A program made the translations under genes and the position numbers. A stretch of DNA of 61,444 nucleotides, the filler included, from Circinaria calcarea (lineage: Eukaryota), in NCBI GenBank assembly GCA_051942165.1. It is 13 parts of 13 records of this genome, joined end to end, with 100 filler letters (N's around TTAATTAATTAA, not from the genome) between each part and the next. Parts side by side here need not be neighbours in the genome. Positions count along the whole stretch, not along the records: positions 37,937 to 42,564 come from JAVECS010002246.1; positions 42,665 to 47,288 come from JAVECS010002247.1; positions 47,389 to 52,008 come from JAVECS010002248.1; 10 more parts are not named here. The stretch is one strand, 5' to 3'. This document shows positions 37,937 to 50,020 of the stretch, one piece after another. The notes under the pieces were generated by a model. It ran no database searches. It saw only the letters and a list, made by a program, of their open reading frames with translations, and had not been told where the DNA came from. Every line of letters begins with the position of its first letter. Within the stretch, counting starts at the first letter, position 1.

Positions 37937-38018
37937 TATAAAATATAAAATATAAAATATAAAATATAAAATATAAAATATAAAATATAAAATATAAAAT
38001 ATAAAATATAAAATATAA
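37937..38018. repeat. (TATAAAA)n perfect heptamer tandem array, ~11.7 units, at a contig start
   Basis: Read directly; runs into the spacer, so the true length is unknown. Confidence 0.95.
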
Positions 38019-39455
38019 TCTGCGTGCTGGCGGAACCGCATCCGGTAGTGGAGCTCCCCGCATCGGGTTAAATTCACTCGCTTCGCCCTGCGCCGCTCTA
38101 GCGTCGGGGTCCGAACCGGCGAAGCGAGCCTTGACCTCACGTATAAATCCAGCGCCGTTTCCCTCCTTTCCACTTTCTATTTTTCCCAACCTTCGCTTCG
38201 ACCTCTCAGCTGCCTCCACTGCTGCCTATCTCCGTGCCGTCCCTTCCGCCATCCTTCCCCCCTTCGACGAGGCATAATTGTCCCGCTGTTGTTCATATCC
38301 TGATCCATGGTCCGTCCCCTGATTCGCTCGCCTCCCCATTACACCGGCTGCCTTTGCGTTGAAGGTACCGCTAGCGTCGACTACAGTGCCCAGGGATAGC
38401 TTTCGGGCGGTGTGATAGCCTTGTGACCATGACAACTAGACCCACCTGTTTCGCCGGTCCTGTGAAAACACGATCGGCACACCGCGTCCCGAATGCGATC
38501 CTGCTGTTTTACTATTTATCAGCAGAAGGATCATGTGCGCGGTGCGGGTCTTGCCTGTTTTACAACTACCGGCCCAAGATTCCGCGCCCCGGCGATATTG
38601 GCCAGGCCGCTACGTGCAGTGGAAATGCTGTGCTTCTCACGGTTCGACCGCTTTCCCCAGGTCCTTGGTGTGCCAGGCAGGAATCGATCCCCCGGTTTCG
38701 TGGATTGGAAGGGCAGGAATCTATGTCAAAGCACGGGTTGGGGCTTCATGCCGCTTGCTTTTCCAGGCATCCGCAGCATGGTGGCGTAGCGTTGCGTTAC
38801 AATGGCGACCAAGACGCAGACGGACAGAGATTGTGCCGACGGAGTTGAAAACGGCCTCGCGTTGGTAGAAGCGGCTGCTGTCGCGGTGCGGTCTCGCATT
38901 ATGATCAACAAGCCAATGGCGCGAGCCGACTCGGCCGTGTGTCAAGGGCCTGGCCTGCAAACTATCAAGGAGGTTGGATTCGCGGGTGGTCGGGGTTGCC
39001 GTTTGGAGCAGGTACAAGAGCCACTTTTCATGGCGGCGTGGTTTTCACTCTTGCCCTGCCACCACCAGTCCTGCAGCACAATCCTTGGTGAAGGCAACGA
39101 TCGAGAAATGCCACCGCCATCGGCCGATTCTCACCCTGTAGCCAGTCCAGGAGCCTGGCTGCGGCCTCCTGGAGGATGGCAGTAGCGACGATGAATTTAT
39201 CCCTGTTTGCACCCGGGGTCTGGAGATTACGCGGCGTTCTCCTCTAGAGGTCTATCCCTTGTTGCATTTTGAGACAGTCCGTTTGCCGCATGAAGTAGCG
39301 CCTGACGAGGCATATTCCTGCGACGAAGACAGCACGGCGAGCAAGGGCATGAAATGCGGGACGTGTACAAATACACCCGCATCTTCCGCTTCCTTTTTCA
39401 ATCCGCTCACCTCTCCAATACACTTTCCCTCCCCCAACACCTCAGACAACTCATA

Positions 39456-40876
39456 ATGGCAGGCGTAATAGCACAGTTTTATTCTCCTTCATCCTCCGTT
39501 CGTCAAGCCCCTTTCAGGTCCCAACCCTTTCGTTAATATTCCAGCCCGTACTCCGCCACATGTCTCGGCACGATCGATACATCTCTAATCACGCGCCATG
39601 ATAGCGAGACACTATCGAACGATTGTGACCACGAACCTTCAGCTGAGCCTCGGATTACACCAGCCAGAGCACCACTGGCGACTATTGAAGTAGACGGCCT
39701 CAGAATCCCTGAATATAATAACAAGGAGCCTACAGAGCATGGAAGCTCAAGTATGTACGATACTCTATGCCACTAATTTTATAACTGATCAGTAATAGAT
39801 CGTCCAATTATGATACCAGATATTGTGCATGAAACCAGCAGTGGTCAAGAATACCAAGTTGAAGATATCAGGATCTCACGGAAACAGCCAGCAAGTTTTC
39901 ATTATCCGCCAGGATTCTTTCAGCCAGGGATTTGGGATGTCGAAGATAGCGGAGCGAAGAACACACGTGAAATAGCATCTCATGATCGAAACCCTGTTGA
40001 AAATGAGATCTCTCATAGAGTTTGCGAAGTAGATCACAGACAACTTGATTCTGTGGCGCTAGAACCTTCGGAGCCCAAGTTTCTAGATATCGACGACTTT
40101 AACCCTGACAACACGTACGAAAGAATACCCACGGACAGCCAGATGCAGCTGTGTGTTCGGGAGCCTATTATCAATCAATCTTTCAGTGGAATTCGAACGA
40201 CAACAGTCTATGCCGAGCTTGAAGCCGAGGATGCCCTTAGGTGGGATACATTGGACGATGAAGGTAATCCTGAATGCAAAAATGCTCTGTCTTCTTGTTT
40301 CATATCAGCCGCGGTGGTACCATTCGCCCCGGCGGTTGAGCGGCCAGATGCAATGACTATACAAACGCTTAGATGTCAACACGAGGAGAGTCAAGCTAGG
40401 ATTGACACGGATGGTAATGCAGTAACCTCATGAATTTTATTAAGCCAACTAACAACGCAAAAGGCATCTCCGCATCTGAAAGCACCCGTGTCGCAGGGGA
40501 TCAGGCCGTGATGGGAGGAGGACAAGATGATCGGGAACATGAAATCGACGATATTATTGGTAAAGAAGAAATCAATGGTGAGGTATACTACTGGGTGGAT
40601 TGGACTCCGACGTTGATGCCCTCGAGCGAATTACGGAGGGCAACCGATCTTATTGGCAATTTTGAGGCCAGGCTACCAGCACAGCGCAGGCATGCAAAGG
40701 GCCAGCGGAAACAGCCAAAATCAAATCGGGGTCGTCAGGCGATCGTCAAACCTCTGCCCGCAATAGAGAAACCGCAACGCCTCTTGCAATTATTGGCAGC
40801 AGTGAAACAAGCACAGCCTAGTATTCAAGCAGAGATACAGAAACCGAAACGAGGTCGACCTCGAAAGCAAAAATAA
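39456..40876 (+). pseudogene. Chromodomain-like plus AT-hook gene, apparently disrupted; the 148-aa terminal ORF 40430-40876 is open
   Basis: ATG 39456, premature TAA 39534-39536, phase-consistent intron 39751..39792, frame change at ~40430. Chromo-like EHEIDDIIGKEEINGEVYYWVDWTPTLMP..LIGNFE; AT-hook KPKRGRPRK at the C-terminus. Confidence 0.6.
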
Positions 40877-41440
40877 TGCCGGGTACGTTAACTCATAACG
40901 CTTATTCTCGTCACGACATGTATATGGACTGCATTGAAAACATAGACTATGATGAGAATGCGATTTACTACTAGTGACCGTGATTACCTTCCCATTGTCC
41001 AGCCATGCTTTGCATCACTGATTCGTGGACGAATTGAACGTACGTATGCGGTCGCTGCCTGGTAGATATCAGCCTCGGGTGGTTTGACTTATCTATAGGT
41101 TCATACAGACTCCCTACTCAAATCCAGGTCTTCCCTCTGCTCCCTACTCTCCCTCTGCTCCCTCATACAGTCTCATGCTCTTTCCTTCTCACCGACATGG
41201 AGTCATTATTGGCTCTATGTTGCAAAGGGCGCTATATACGGCTCCCTGACACATTACCTCATCATATTATTCTTGCACTTCTCTCCCATTCTCCCAGCTG
41301 CCCATCTCAGTGTATGACCTCCAGTACCTTTTCATCGTCCCCTTTATTCATATTATTATACAAGTGTTTGAAAATCAATTACTTCTTTTTGCTTGTTGTT
41401 CTTCAAACACTGAGGCCCCTTACTTCACTGCAATTTCACG

Positions 41441-42140
41441 ATGCCAAATAATCATCTACCACTGGTTAAAATTTTCAATAGGCTTGATGATGATATAGAG
41501 ATAAACTACAAACAAATATTGGACCTTTGGGACGGGTGGGCTCTCTGTTTATATTCTCACAAGTTCTACGTCGATTTACTGACTGCGCATGCTGAATGGA
41601 ATAGGTACGAGAAGCGAAACCCTGGTACCAGTCCTCACGATATAAAGATTGCTAAGCATTTTATTGAGGGTGTTGTCCGCGGCTGCTCTGCTGGCGAAGA
41701 GAGTTCCTCTACAAACTCGATATGTCAGAAGTGGACAGACTTTAGAGCTGATTGGAAACGACGGCCCGGCAATATCAAGATTCCTTTCGAAACGTCGCAA
41801 TCTATCTACTTTGTTAGTACCTTAAGCTTGGTTTCATTCTTTCCTATCATAAACAAAAGATCTAGAAGTTCTTCTAGTATATAAACACAGAACTGCACTA
41901 AAAGTTTAATCTCGCAACTGAAAAAATCACCTACAAGAGCATTTCTAGCAGTTGGAACGAAGATACAACGGCACCTAGACGAAAAGTGAAAGCAAGACAG
42001 TTATATTTCCTGATCCGCGCTGCACTCACTCTTGCAAGTCAACCGTCGAGCTCCAATGCCATTGCCAGGACAACAAGCGAAGTCTCATCTGAGCTCTGAG
42101 GGCATTCTCGGTCAAGATGAGGCGGGACATCAACACTCAA
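41441..42140 (+). pseudogene. Degraded DUF3435-type tyrosine recombinase (Starship captain-like) remnant
   Basis: With intron 41536..41604 removed: RLDDDIEINYKQILDLWDG|YEKRNPGTSPHDIKIAKHFIE..SICQKWTDFRADWKR..IPFETSQSIYF|YINTELH*KFNL, then decayed HF*QL and FSVKMRRD. Resembles the recalled DUF3435 N-terminus; not verified by HMM. Confidence 0.5.
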
Positions 42141-42664
42141 GCATCGTTAATCTGCAAGAAGCTTAATAAGTCGAATCTGTAGCCTATCGCTCTATTGCTA
42201 GTATAGATCTAAATGGGAGTTTTTTTGTATATAACGCCAGTTCTGAGTAAACATTCTGAACGCGTAATGCTGAAAATACGTCACCTCAAAAACACCCGAG
42301 AATTCGACTTTAAGTTGTACCTGAATATGGCTAACGCTAGGTTTAATAGGCTTATAGGGCGATTTCCAACATTCTTTTTCTCGATTCCAGGGCTCCATAT
42401 TTAGCACCCTTGCCCAAGGGGCCAAAATTGGATGCTCTGTAAAACAGTTATTAAAAGCTACCCGTGTCCTTTACGATCCCTTTCCCTTATATATATCTAG
42501 CTTCTTGGATGGAATTTCAAATATACTATTTTCTTGACTAGCAAGACTAAGCAAGGTTCTCAACNNNNNNNNNNNNNNNNNNNNNNNNNNNNNNNNNNNN
42601 NNNNNNNNTTAATTAATTAANNNNNNNNNNNNNNNNNNNNNNNNNNNNNNNNNNNNNNNNNNNN

Positions 42665-43035
42665 ACATGCGAGACCTCGGGTGGCATCTCTCCCCGCAAA
42701 GTTCTCATACGGTCCTCCAGGGCCGTAGAAGTTTCTTCCTGCTGTGACGTCGAAAACTCGACCCCTAACTGCCAAATACACTGGCATGTTCTTCTCTCCG
42801 TTATAAGGTTTCAATGTAAGCGGTGTGAAGTTACGGAATACCACTGGCGAAGGGGCTTTGGGTAGAGTCGGCGGTGGAGATGGGCGCAGGCGTAGGTAGG
42901 CCAAGAAGACCAGCAAAGAAAGCAACACTAGGTTGATCGGAGAGAACACCGAAGCACTTGTAGACGGATTAGCGATGCCGTTTTAGAGTTAGAAAGGAAG
43001 TAAGCATACGCGTGTCCACTTGTCGGGGCATCCAT
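42665..43035 (-). CDS. DAP1: Membrane-associated cytochrome b5-like heme/steroid-binding protein (Dap1/PGRMC), 3'-truncated; one intron
   Basis: MDAPTSGHA|ASVFSPINLVLL (TM), FTPLTLKPYNG, VYLAVRGRVFDVTAGRNFYGPGGPYENFAGRDATRGLA. Confidence 0.88.
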
Positions 43036-43660
43036 CGCAGAAGTTCCTGTACAAGCCAGCCAGTCAGTAGATCATAATAACAGCCTTCAATTCATATCCT
43101 TACTAGCTGCTCTTTAAAATTGTTTAGATATCACCATTCAGTTATCCCAAAGCATAGAACTCGAGTCAGCACTGGAAGAGAATGCGATTGCGGGCGAGGA
43201 GGCGTCTTATTTTAGCTACGGCGCCGTTTTATAAGGTCTTTTCGCTTCGAGGCTCTAGCGTCCATCGGATATAACGGAGCTCCGTCGTCCTAACCGGTAA
43301 CTTACAGCAAGGTCAATCAATTTGGTTATCATTTAGTCCCCCCATGCTTCAACACTGCAGAAACTGAGAGTCAAGGCCTGTATGTTCGGTGATAGCTGTT
43401 CATAATAATAGTCTCGTTACAGACAATGGCTAATGATGTCACTTACGCTTAGGAAATGTTAGTTCCCTAGCTTAGCAGGAAGCAACAGCTAGGATGCATT
43501 TAAGGTGTCTAGGCGAAAGCAGGAGCCAGAGGTAGGATGGAGTGATACCGGGGCGTAGCCATTATCTCTGCAAAGTTGATTTCATTATCTCCGCTACATC
43601 CCCATGAGCTGAGCCTCCAGCCTATCATTCTCATTCCCTAGGGTCTATCTTCCTAAATAC

Positions 43661-44836
43661 ATGATTCTACCCAACCCAAGGTTTTTAGACGAGCGAACCT
43701 CAAATGCTTGTCCTTACCGCTGCAACAAGATATGGATGTTGTCCAAGAGCCGCCCAATTGAAAAATCTTTGGATCGAGTTTCCTTTATATATCCACTCCG
43801 CCTTTGAGCTTACCCCGCAGGGTATGATTTTTCTCACCCAAGGGAGGTCCTTGACCCCGTCGGATGAGAGATGGGGTTCGATTGAATTCTCGGCTCGACT
43901 TTCGGATGGAATTTCTTTCGGAGGAATTCACACCCACGGCGAGATTCACGGATTGATACCGTGGATTCACCTTTCTCTGCGTCCAAACCCTTAACGACAA
44001 CCACCCCGAGCGGCAAATCAACAATAGATAAGATCAACCACCGTCGTAGTTCGGCTGCGTGTTGGGCGATTAGCCCAAATATCATCTGTAAAGTTAAAAG
44101 TTGGATCGAGGGTATGAAGGTGAAAGGGTAAATTATGGACTTTGTGCGTAAGAACGTTCCAACCATACTTATCCTTAATGTCATTCACTACTGGATCGAC
44201 GGCGAGTGGAATCGTTGATTTATTCTCATGGAACGAGTTCCCGGCGAGCGTCTAAACGAGGTCTGGTCGCGAATTTCTCATGATCAGCGTAGGGACGTCC
44301 CAGCCCAGATTGCTACGCATACTGTTAGCCTTGCAAAGCTCACATCGTCTCAGTGCCAGGGAGCTTCCGGAGTTAGGATCTGTAATGCAATGGAACTTAC
44401 TCCTGGAGAGATTTCGTCACCTGTACCATCATGGAAGCCATATCTTCACGTCTCACGGCCGAAGCATTTGCGGCGCTTATAATATAACACGGGGTGAAGC
44501 ACCTCCAGGCCTAGGAGAGGATTTCTTTTTCTATCATCGGGATATCGGTCCTACGAATATCTTCCTGTCCATGCCCCCAAAGGAGAGAAACGTGTGCTAC
44601 TTACTGCTATTATTGGCTGGGAAGGTACAGAACATTTTCCACGCTGGTGGATTAGCACCAAGTCCCGTGTAAGCCGTGCCTTTGGGTTGGACACTGAGTT
44701 TACCAATGAACCGCCCGAAGACGAGTACGATTGGACATGGATCCTATCCGACGCGCTGAAAAGTGAAGGATTCGACTGTGATGACGTTTGGTATATTCGT
44801 CATATGACGAATATGGGGGAAAAAACGTGTAGATAA
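43661..44836 (+). pseudogene. Aminoglycoside-phosphotransferase/choline-kinase-like pseudogene
   Basis: ICKVKSWIEGM..*..WIDGEWNR*FILMERVPGERLNEVW; FYHRDIGPTNI (HxDxxxxN); AIIGWE in place of IIDWE; FPRWWISTK. Spread over three frames with stops. The 5' boundary is approximate. Confidence 0.72.
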
Positions 44837-45904
44837 TCTCTCCTAAGTGGTCAAATACATTCGCGCGCCTCTCTTGACCCTTAGATTTCCCATAATCGCT
44901 TTCGTACAATCTCCTAAGAATATCCCTCGTCGCCGTTCGCACGTGTTTTCAGGGTCTATCCGTTAATTCGGCAATGAAGTGGCGGCTAATAATGGCTTAT
45001 ATACTCAGTAATACAAACACGTTTAGATGGAATGAAGATTGGAGATTTTTGCCTTGCAGTGGTCGCAGTGTGGAGAGCCTGTAATGTTATTTATTTGCAG
45101 TCCGGAGATTTGGCCATTTTGATGGTTTAGATTATGTGTAAGTGGTGTAGTGATGAAGTAGAGTCTTGAAAGGGCGCTTCTGTGTTTTATTACACAATGC
45201 TCGGCGCACGGATTGAAGGATCAAGTCAGTAAAGGTCAAAAGAACAAAGTTATCAAGCGGTCTAGTAGCAAATTCTGCGGTCTCATCTTTTGATTGTTGC
45301 AACGAAGTCCGAGAGGACAAAGGAATGGGGAAAGCTTGCAAAACCAGAGAATTACCTGTACCAAATCTCAAACAATGCTGGCTCAAAGCTACCGTTGTGT
45401 TTCTATACTGTGGGTAGTCACCTAGGTATGAGGGACGGATTTTTCAACAAAGCTTATTGGACTCAGTCGACTCGATGGCGTTAGAACAGCCTGCAATCTT
45501 CGAGCTCTTTGTGACAATCAGCCCACAACAGGGAGAGACTGCGGCGTCCCCGTCACCCTATTTAGCTATCGTCGAGATAGTGTTCGTCTGTACAATGGAA
45601 GGCTCCCGTACGGCTAACAATTTCTTTTCGGATCTTGACTCCCTTCCTCCAGAACCCAAGGTGGCTTGGAATGGGATTAAACGCGACTTAGGGCTACATG
45701 ATAATATCGCCGTCCATTAGAATCGCAGCATACGGTATTCGCAAAGAGGAAGAAAGTAAAAGGCAAAGTAAAGGGTAAAACGTAACCGCATGTAAAGCAT
45801 TCCGCACTACGAGGAACGTAGCTAGCGCGCCAAGACAAAGCTCTCAGCAAACGTAACAGGAGGAGGTCAAACATCTTTGACTGGGCCACAGTTACGTCGG
45901 CAAC

Positions 45905-46377
45905 ATGATTCAATCAAGGAGCATATCGGTTGGTCTCATCTAATCTGGATATCCTACATTACTGACTAGAATTAGCGACTGGCTCTAGGCCATCTAAGTC
46001 GACAGCGTCTACCTTTCCAACAGAGGACTCTGATAACACCGACTACTGTCCGGAGCGGTTAGTTGTAGCGTACACAAATATATATCAGGCTAATACATTG
46101 TGTAATAGACCTCGTTCAAGATCTGTACCTGAAGGAATTGAGAAACTACAAACCCACCCCAATCAAGCCATCAGATTCCGAAGGGCACGTCCAGAAATTC
46201 ACCGCACCAAAACCTCCCCCTTCACCGGAAGAAGGCAATATTGCCAATGATCTGAAGGCATACGAAGAGCAGTCGGTGGAAGTGGAAGGACAGGCGGCTG
46301 CAGGAGGGGCGGGTGTGGTCGAGGAGGATTGGTTTGAGGAGGAGGAGGAAGACGAGCAAGCTCACTCAGCCCACTGA
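45905..46377 (+). CDS. ATP14: Mitochondrial ATP synthase subunit h; two introns
   Basis: MIQSRSIS|RLALGHLSRQR..TPTTVRS|DLVQDLYLKELRNYKPTP..EGHVQKF..acidic EEDWFEEEEED tail; Arg-rich presequence. Confidence 0.9.
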
Positions 46378-47388
46378 TGGTCCTGGCAACCGCCACATCC
46401 TGTGTATACCTATAGGGATAGTCTTGTCACTGTACATTTACAGTTTCCGTGGAGATGTCTGGTCCGGAGCTGCTATCCTGAATTGTTCTTCTAGGAACCA
46501 GACTTAGTGGTCTTTCTCGACGTTTCCGGCTTTGAACCTTCACTAACTTGCCAATAAATAAGTAACCCGCTCGCGAGGCGCCGGTTGATCTGGGTTGGGA
46601 CGGTTCTTCCTACGTATCTAACTTAACCATTGCTTTGCGACGCGGGAAATCCCTATGTGATATTGATCATGCCCAGAAAGAGAGAATCAGCTTGCAATGG
46701 CCTGCAGAGGCACTGTGCCACTGGCAGCGAGTGACCATCCTACAGTACGCTGACACTCTATGTGATATGTTCAACGTCTGCAAGTTGCCCCACCCTGTTT
46801 ATGTCACAGCATTCTCGAGTCTTGGGCAACTCGACTTCCGATTCCGTACTTTCCTAACAGCTGCGCATTATGAATCTTTAGCCGTCAATCGTACAGCAAG
46901 ATTTGCTCGTAGGCATGGATTCAGTTTCCAGATATCGTTTATCAAATACTCGGTATGATTCGCTGTGGATTGCCCACAAGAATCAGCATGCTTTGACCAA
47001 TTCTTGTTGCATACAAATGACAAACTCCATCGGTTAGAATTTCCAGTAATACGAACGCCATGTTAATTAGATAGATGCAGTCATGTTCACTTCCTCCTAA
47101 CAAAGTTCTGAATCACCAATGGTATGGTTGCTTGATACATGCAGGGGCTCTCAAGCAATCTTACTACATGTACGCTGCCTCGGCTGGTAAGGGGGATGCT
47201 CTCTGCATTCGAGGCGTGGGCAGAACCCGTCGTCGATGAGATGCAACTGGTGCATTAGGGGTACCCCAAACTTACTCCATTCCCATCANNNNNNNNNNNN
47301 NNNNNNNNNNNNNNNNNNNNNNNNNNNNNNNNTTAATTAATTAANNNNNNNNNNNNNNNNNNNNNNNNNNNNNNNNNNNNNNNNNNNN

Positions 47389-48160
47389 AGAAAGTCGGTT
47401 TGTCTATTCTACTAGGCTTGGGTATACTGTTCGTTTTCCCATAATCTTCCACGAAGACCGCAGATGCTGACAGGCAATAGGGCAGGCATCGCGGCATCTT
47501 TCAAGACGGCACAGCTATCTAGACCAGCAATAGATGTCACATGTAAGTCAAGCATTATGGAGTGAAAGTACCTATGATACGCATGACTAACGATACTTCA
47601 TGTAGGGGAATCTTATAGCTTGCTCCTTTGGATTTCGTAAGCCAACCTCACCCCGCTATCGATTTTCCATTTCTTGATCCTGCCGCATCCCACCCAGCTT
47701 CCTCGTCTCCCAATTAAGCCTCATCCGCAGACTGAATCTCTAGCACCCATATCTGCGTCGTACTAACATACCACTCAGAACTGAACTAACTCTCATCATT
47801 ATTTGCGGCTCCATACCTACCCTCAAGCCTTTGTACGACCTAGCTGTAAAAGGAAAACCCCTAACGAGGAATCAATCGACGCAACCAGCAGGTCGTATCC
47901 TTCCCACACGTAGCAACAACAAGCTCCAGCATATATCTACAACTAGGAGTAACAGCTCAGCAGAGGTTACGTTGCGAGAAGCAAATGCATTAGATGTTGA
48001 GTACGGCTCCGATATGGATGTGCGAGGGAGCCGGCCTGCGGAGAAAGGTGGTCTTGGGGGTAGGAATGGTTCAGAAGGCGCCAAAGAGGTAGGGGAAAAA
48101 GATGTTCATGATGCCCACGGGTTTGTGGAGCCGCATGAACTCCGCGTAAGGAACCCATGA
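47389..48160 (+). CDS. PTH11-like (fungal rhodopsin-domain) integral membrane protein, C-terminal part (5'-truncated)
   Basis: KVGLSILLGLGIL|AGIAASFKT..DVT|WESYSLLLWIS|TELTLIIICGSIPTLKPL, with three GT-AG introns. Confidence 0.8.
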
Positions 48161-50020
48161 TGTTGGTAAGTGGGAGAGAATGCCGGTATCTGGCGATTTG
48201 TAATGGGAGGACATGGAGAAAGCTTTTGTCTAGGCTTGAACTTGGCAAGATGATACACCTATTCGATTACTTTGAGGAAGATGGTAGTATTGAAATGAAC
48301 CAGCGGAAGCACATTAGGCCAAAAACAAAGCTGACAAGAAAAGGCCAATGCCAGAAAGAAAATTAAGTCACAGAAATATGAACTGCTAAATCCTTCCTGC
48401 ATAACCCAGAAAAGCCCAATCGCAATCCTACCCGTTAGGGTAATAGCGTTTAGAATTACTTAGGCCGCTTGCAGATAGATTTTTCTTAAATAATCTCGTC
48501 ACTCTCCTCTCCGCGCTCGAGCATTCGAGAGCTAGTGCAACCCCAAGATATTCCGGATAGTTGGATGCCTCATGCTGGAGGGGATTCCTGATGCAAGGCA
48601 ACGCGATTAAGTCCCAAGATATCAAAGCTTTACTGGCGCCAGAGGGACGATGTCGGAATCAATAGTTCGGGAACTAAGCCAAGCCATAGCGTGTTCTCAA
48701 CCCTGCTGCTGCCCTTCAGTGGTCCGCCATTTCACCCGAAAAGAGGCATGGCGAAGATTTCCGCCAGTAAAGCACATATTGGCGTTACATCTGCGACAAG
48801 ATCCAGATTGACTACCTGGTCTCGGGCGGACGAGGCTGGGGACCAAATAAGGCCCCGCTGGAGGCCTTAAGCTGTTGCTCTGGCGGAATAAGCCGTGCCA
48901 CCCCAGCTCCTGGTCTGTGCCAGCCTAGCTAGACCCGGGAAAGCGCGCCTCGTTCCGCGTAGAGCAACCGCTTAGTTCTAAGCGATAGAGGCGTATCCTT
49001 TTACACCGCCGAATCCGACGTTATGTTAGAATTTACAATCAGCGTATCACAGTCAACTAGCTTGATAAAACACCAATAGGATACGACCTCAGACATAGTG
49101 CCTTTTGCTACCTTTCTCCCCAGTTGTATTATAAACTACCGTGCTTCGAGACTAGGATCTATTCCAATGTTTAGGCTGTCGTGTCCAAGCCAAATCTTCA
49201 AAGTACAGCAATGCATAACACGGATGCATTGGATCCAATTATTATCCACCTGAGCGTACTAGAAGCCTATGGTCTGCCGGGGCCGACAAGACTTGGTTGG
49301 CCCAGTGGAATCAGCACGCAGCTGGAGGATTGCACTAGGGATCAGCTGAGGCCTTTGGTGCTACCGAGTACGGAGGGAGGTAGCTACACCGCCCACACCC
49401 TGTCAGCATTTTTGACTAGCGATTAGATCCCCCCCTTGGACCTTTACTACGGTAGACTCTCGCAAAACTCCCGCCGACTCCATCCGCGAATAGGGCTTCT
49501 TTGAAGCGATGGTGCACCTCCCACGCTCCACGTCTACCTTGAATGATGCAATGTAGGTGCATGCTTCAGAACACGGCAAATTGGTAGGATCTACTTCTTA
49601 CATGCCCCGTTAACGTAATCAGGATTGGTATTTTTCCCCGATGCGTAGCGCCGCGGCGCTGACAAGGGAGGCATCACAGCTTCGGGAGGTCGCGGTGGCA
49701 TATAAGTGGCTGAAGTCGGAAAGTCAGCCTTTCACTGTTACCCTCTTGCAATAACTGTCATGTTTGCGGCGCAAAGAACAAAGCCTTCCACTTTGGCATG
49801 TCTGCACGGTTTTACTTGGAGACTAGGTAGGTGCTTGCTTGCTGTATTGTTGGAAACATCTTGTTACGTGCCATTTTCAGTCTTTGAAGCTAATATGACC
49901 TGAAAGAGATTCAGTGTCTGGTTGATCCCGCTGCGATTGCCTCAGCATCCATTGTTTGCGAGTACCCCCCTCGTCTATGACGATTCTCTATGTACTATTC
50001 TTCTACAAAGTCACCAAAAG

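Noticed and set aside
37937..38018. Telomeric repeat
   Set aside because: No G-rich strand; it does not resemble TTAGGG-type fungal telomeres.
37881..38219. ORFs with (FYILYFI)n hydrophobic repeats
   Set aside because: Translation of the (TATAAAA)n array running into the N spacer.
38226..39250. Several overlapping 60-140 aa ORFs in GC-rich DNA
   Set aside because: Expected by chance at this GC content; no motifs or splice structure found.
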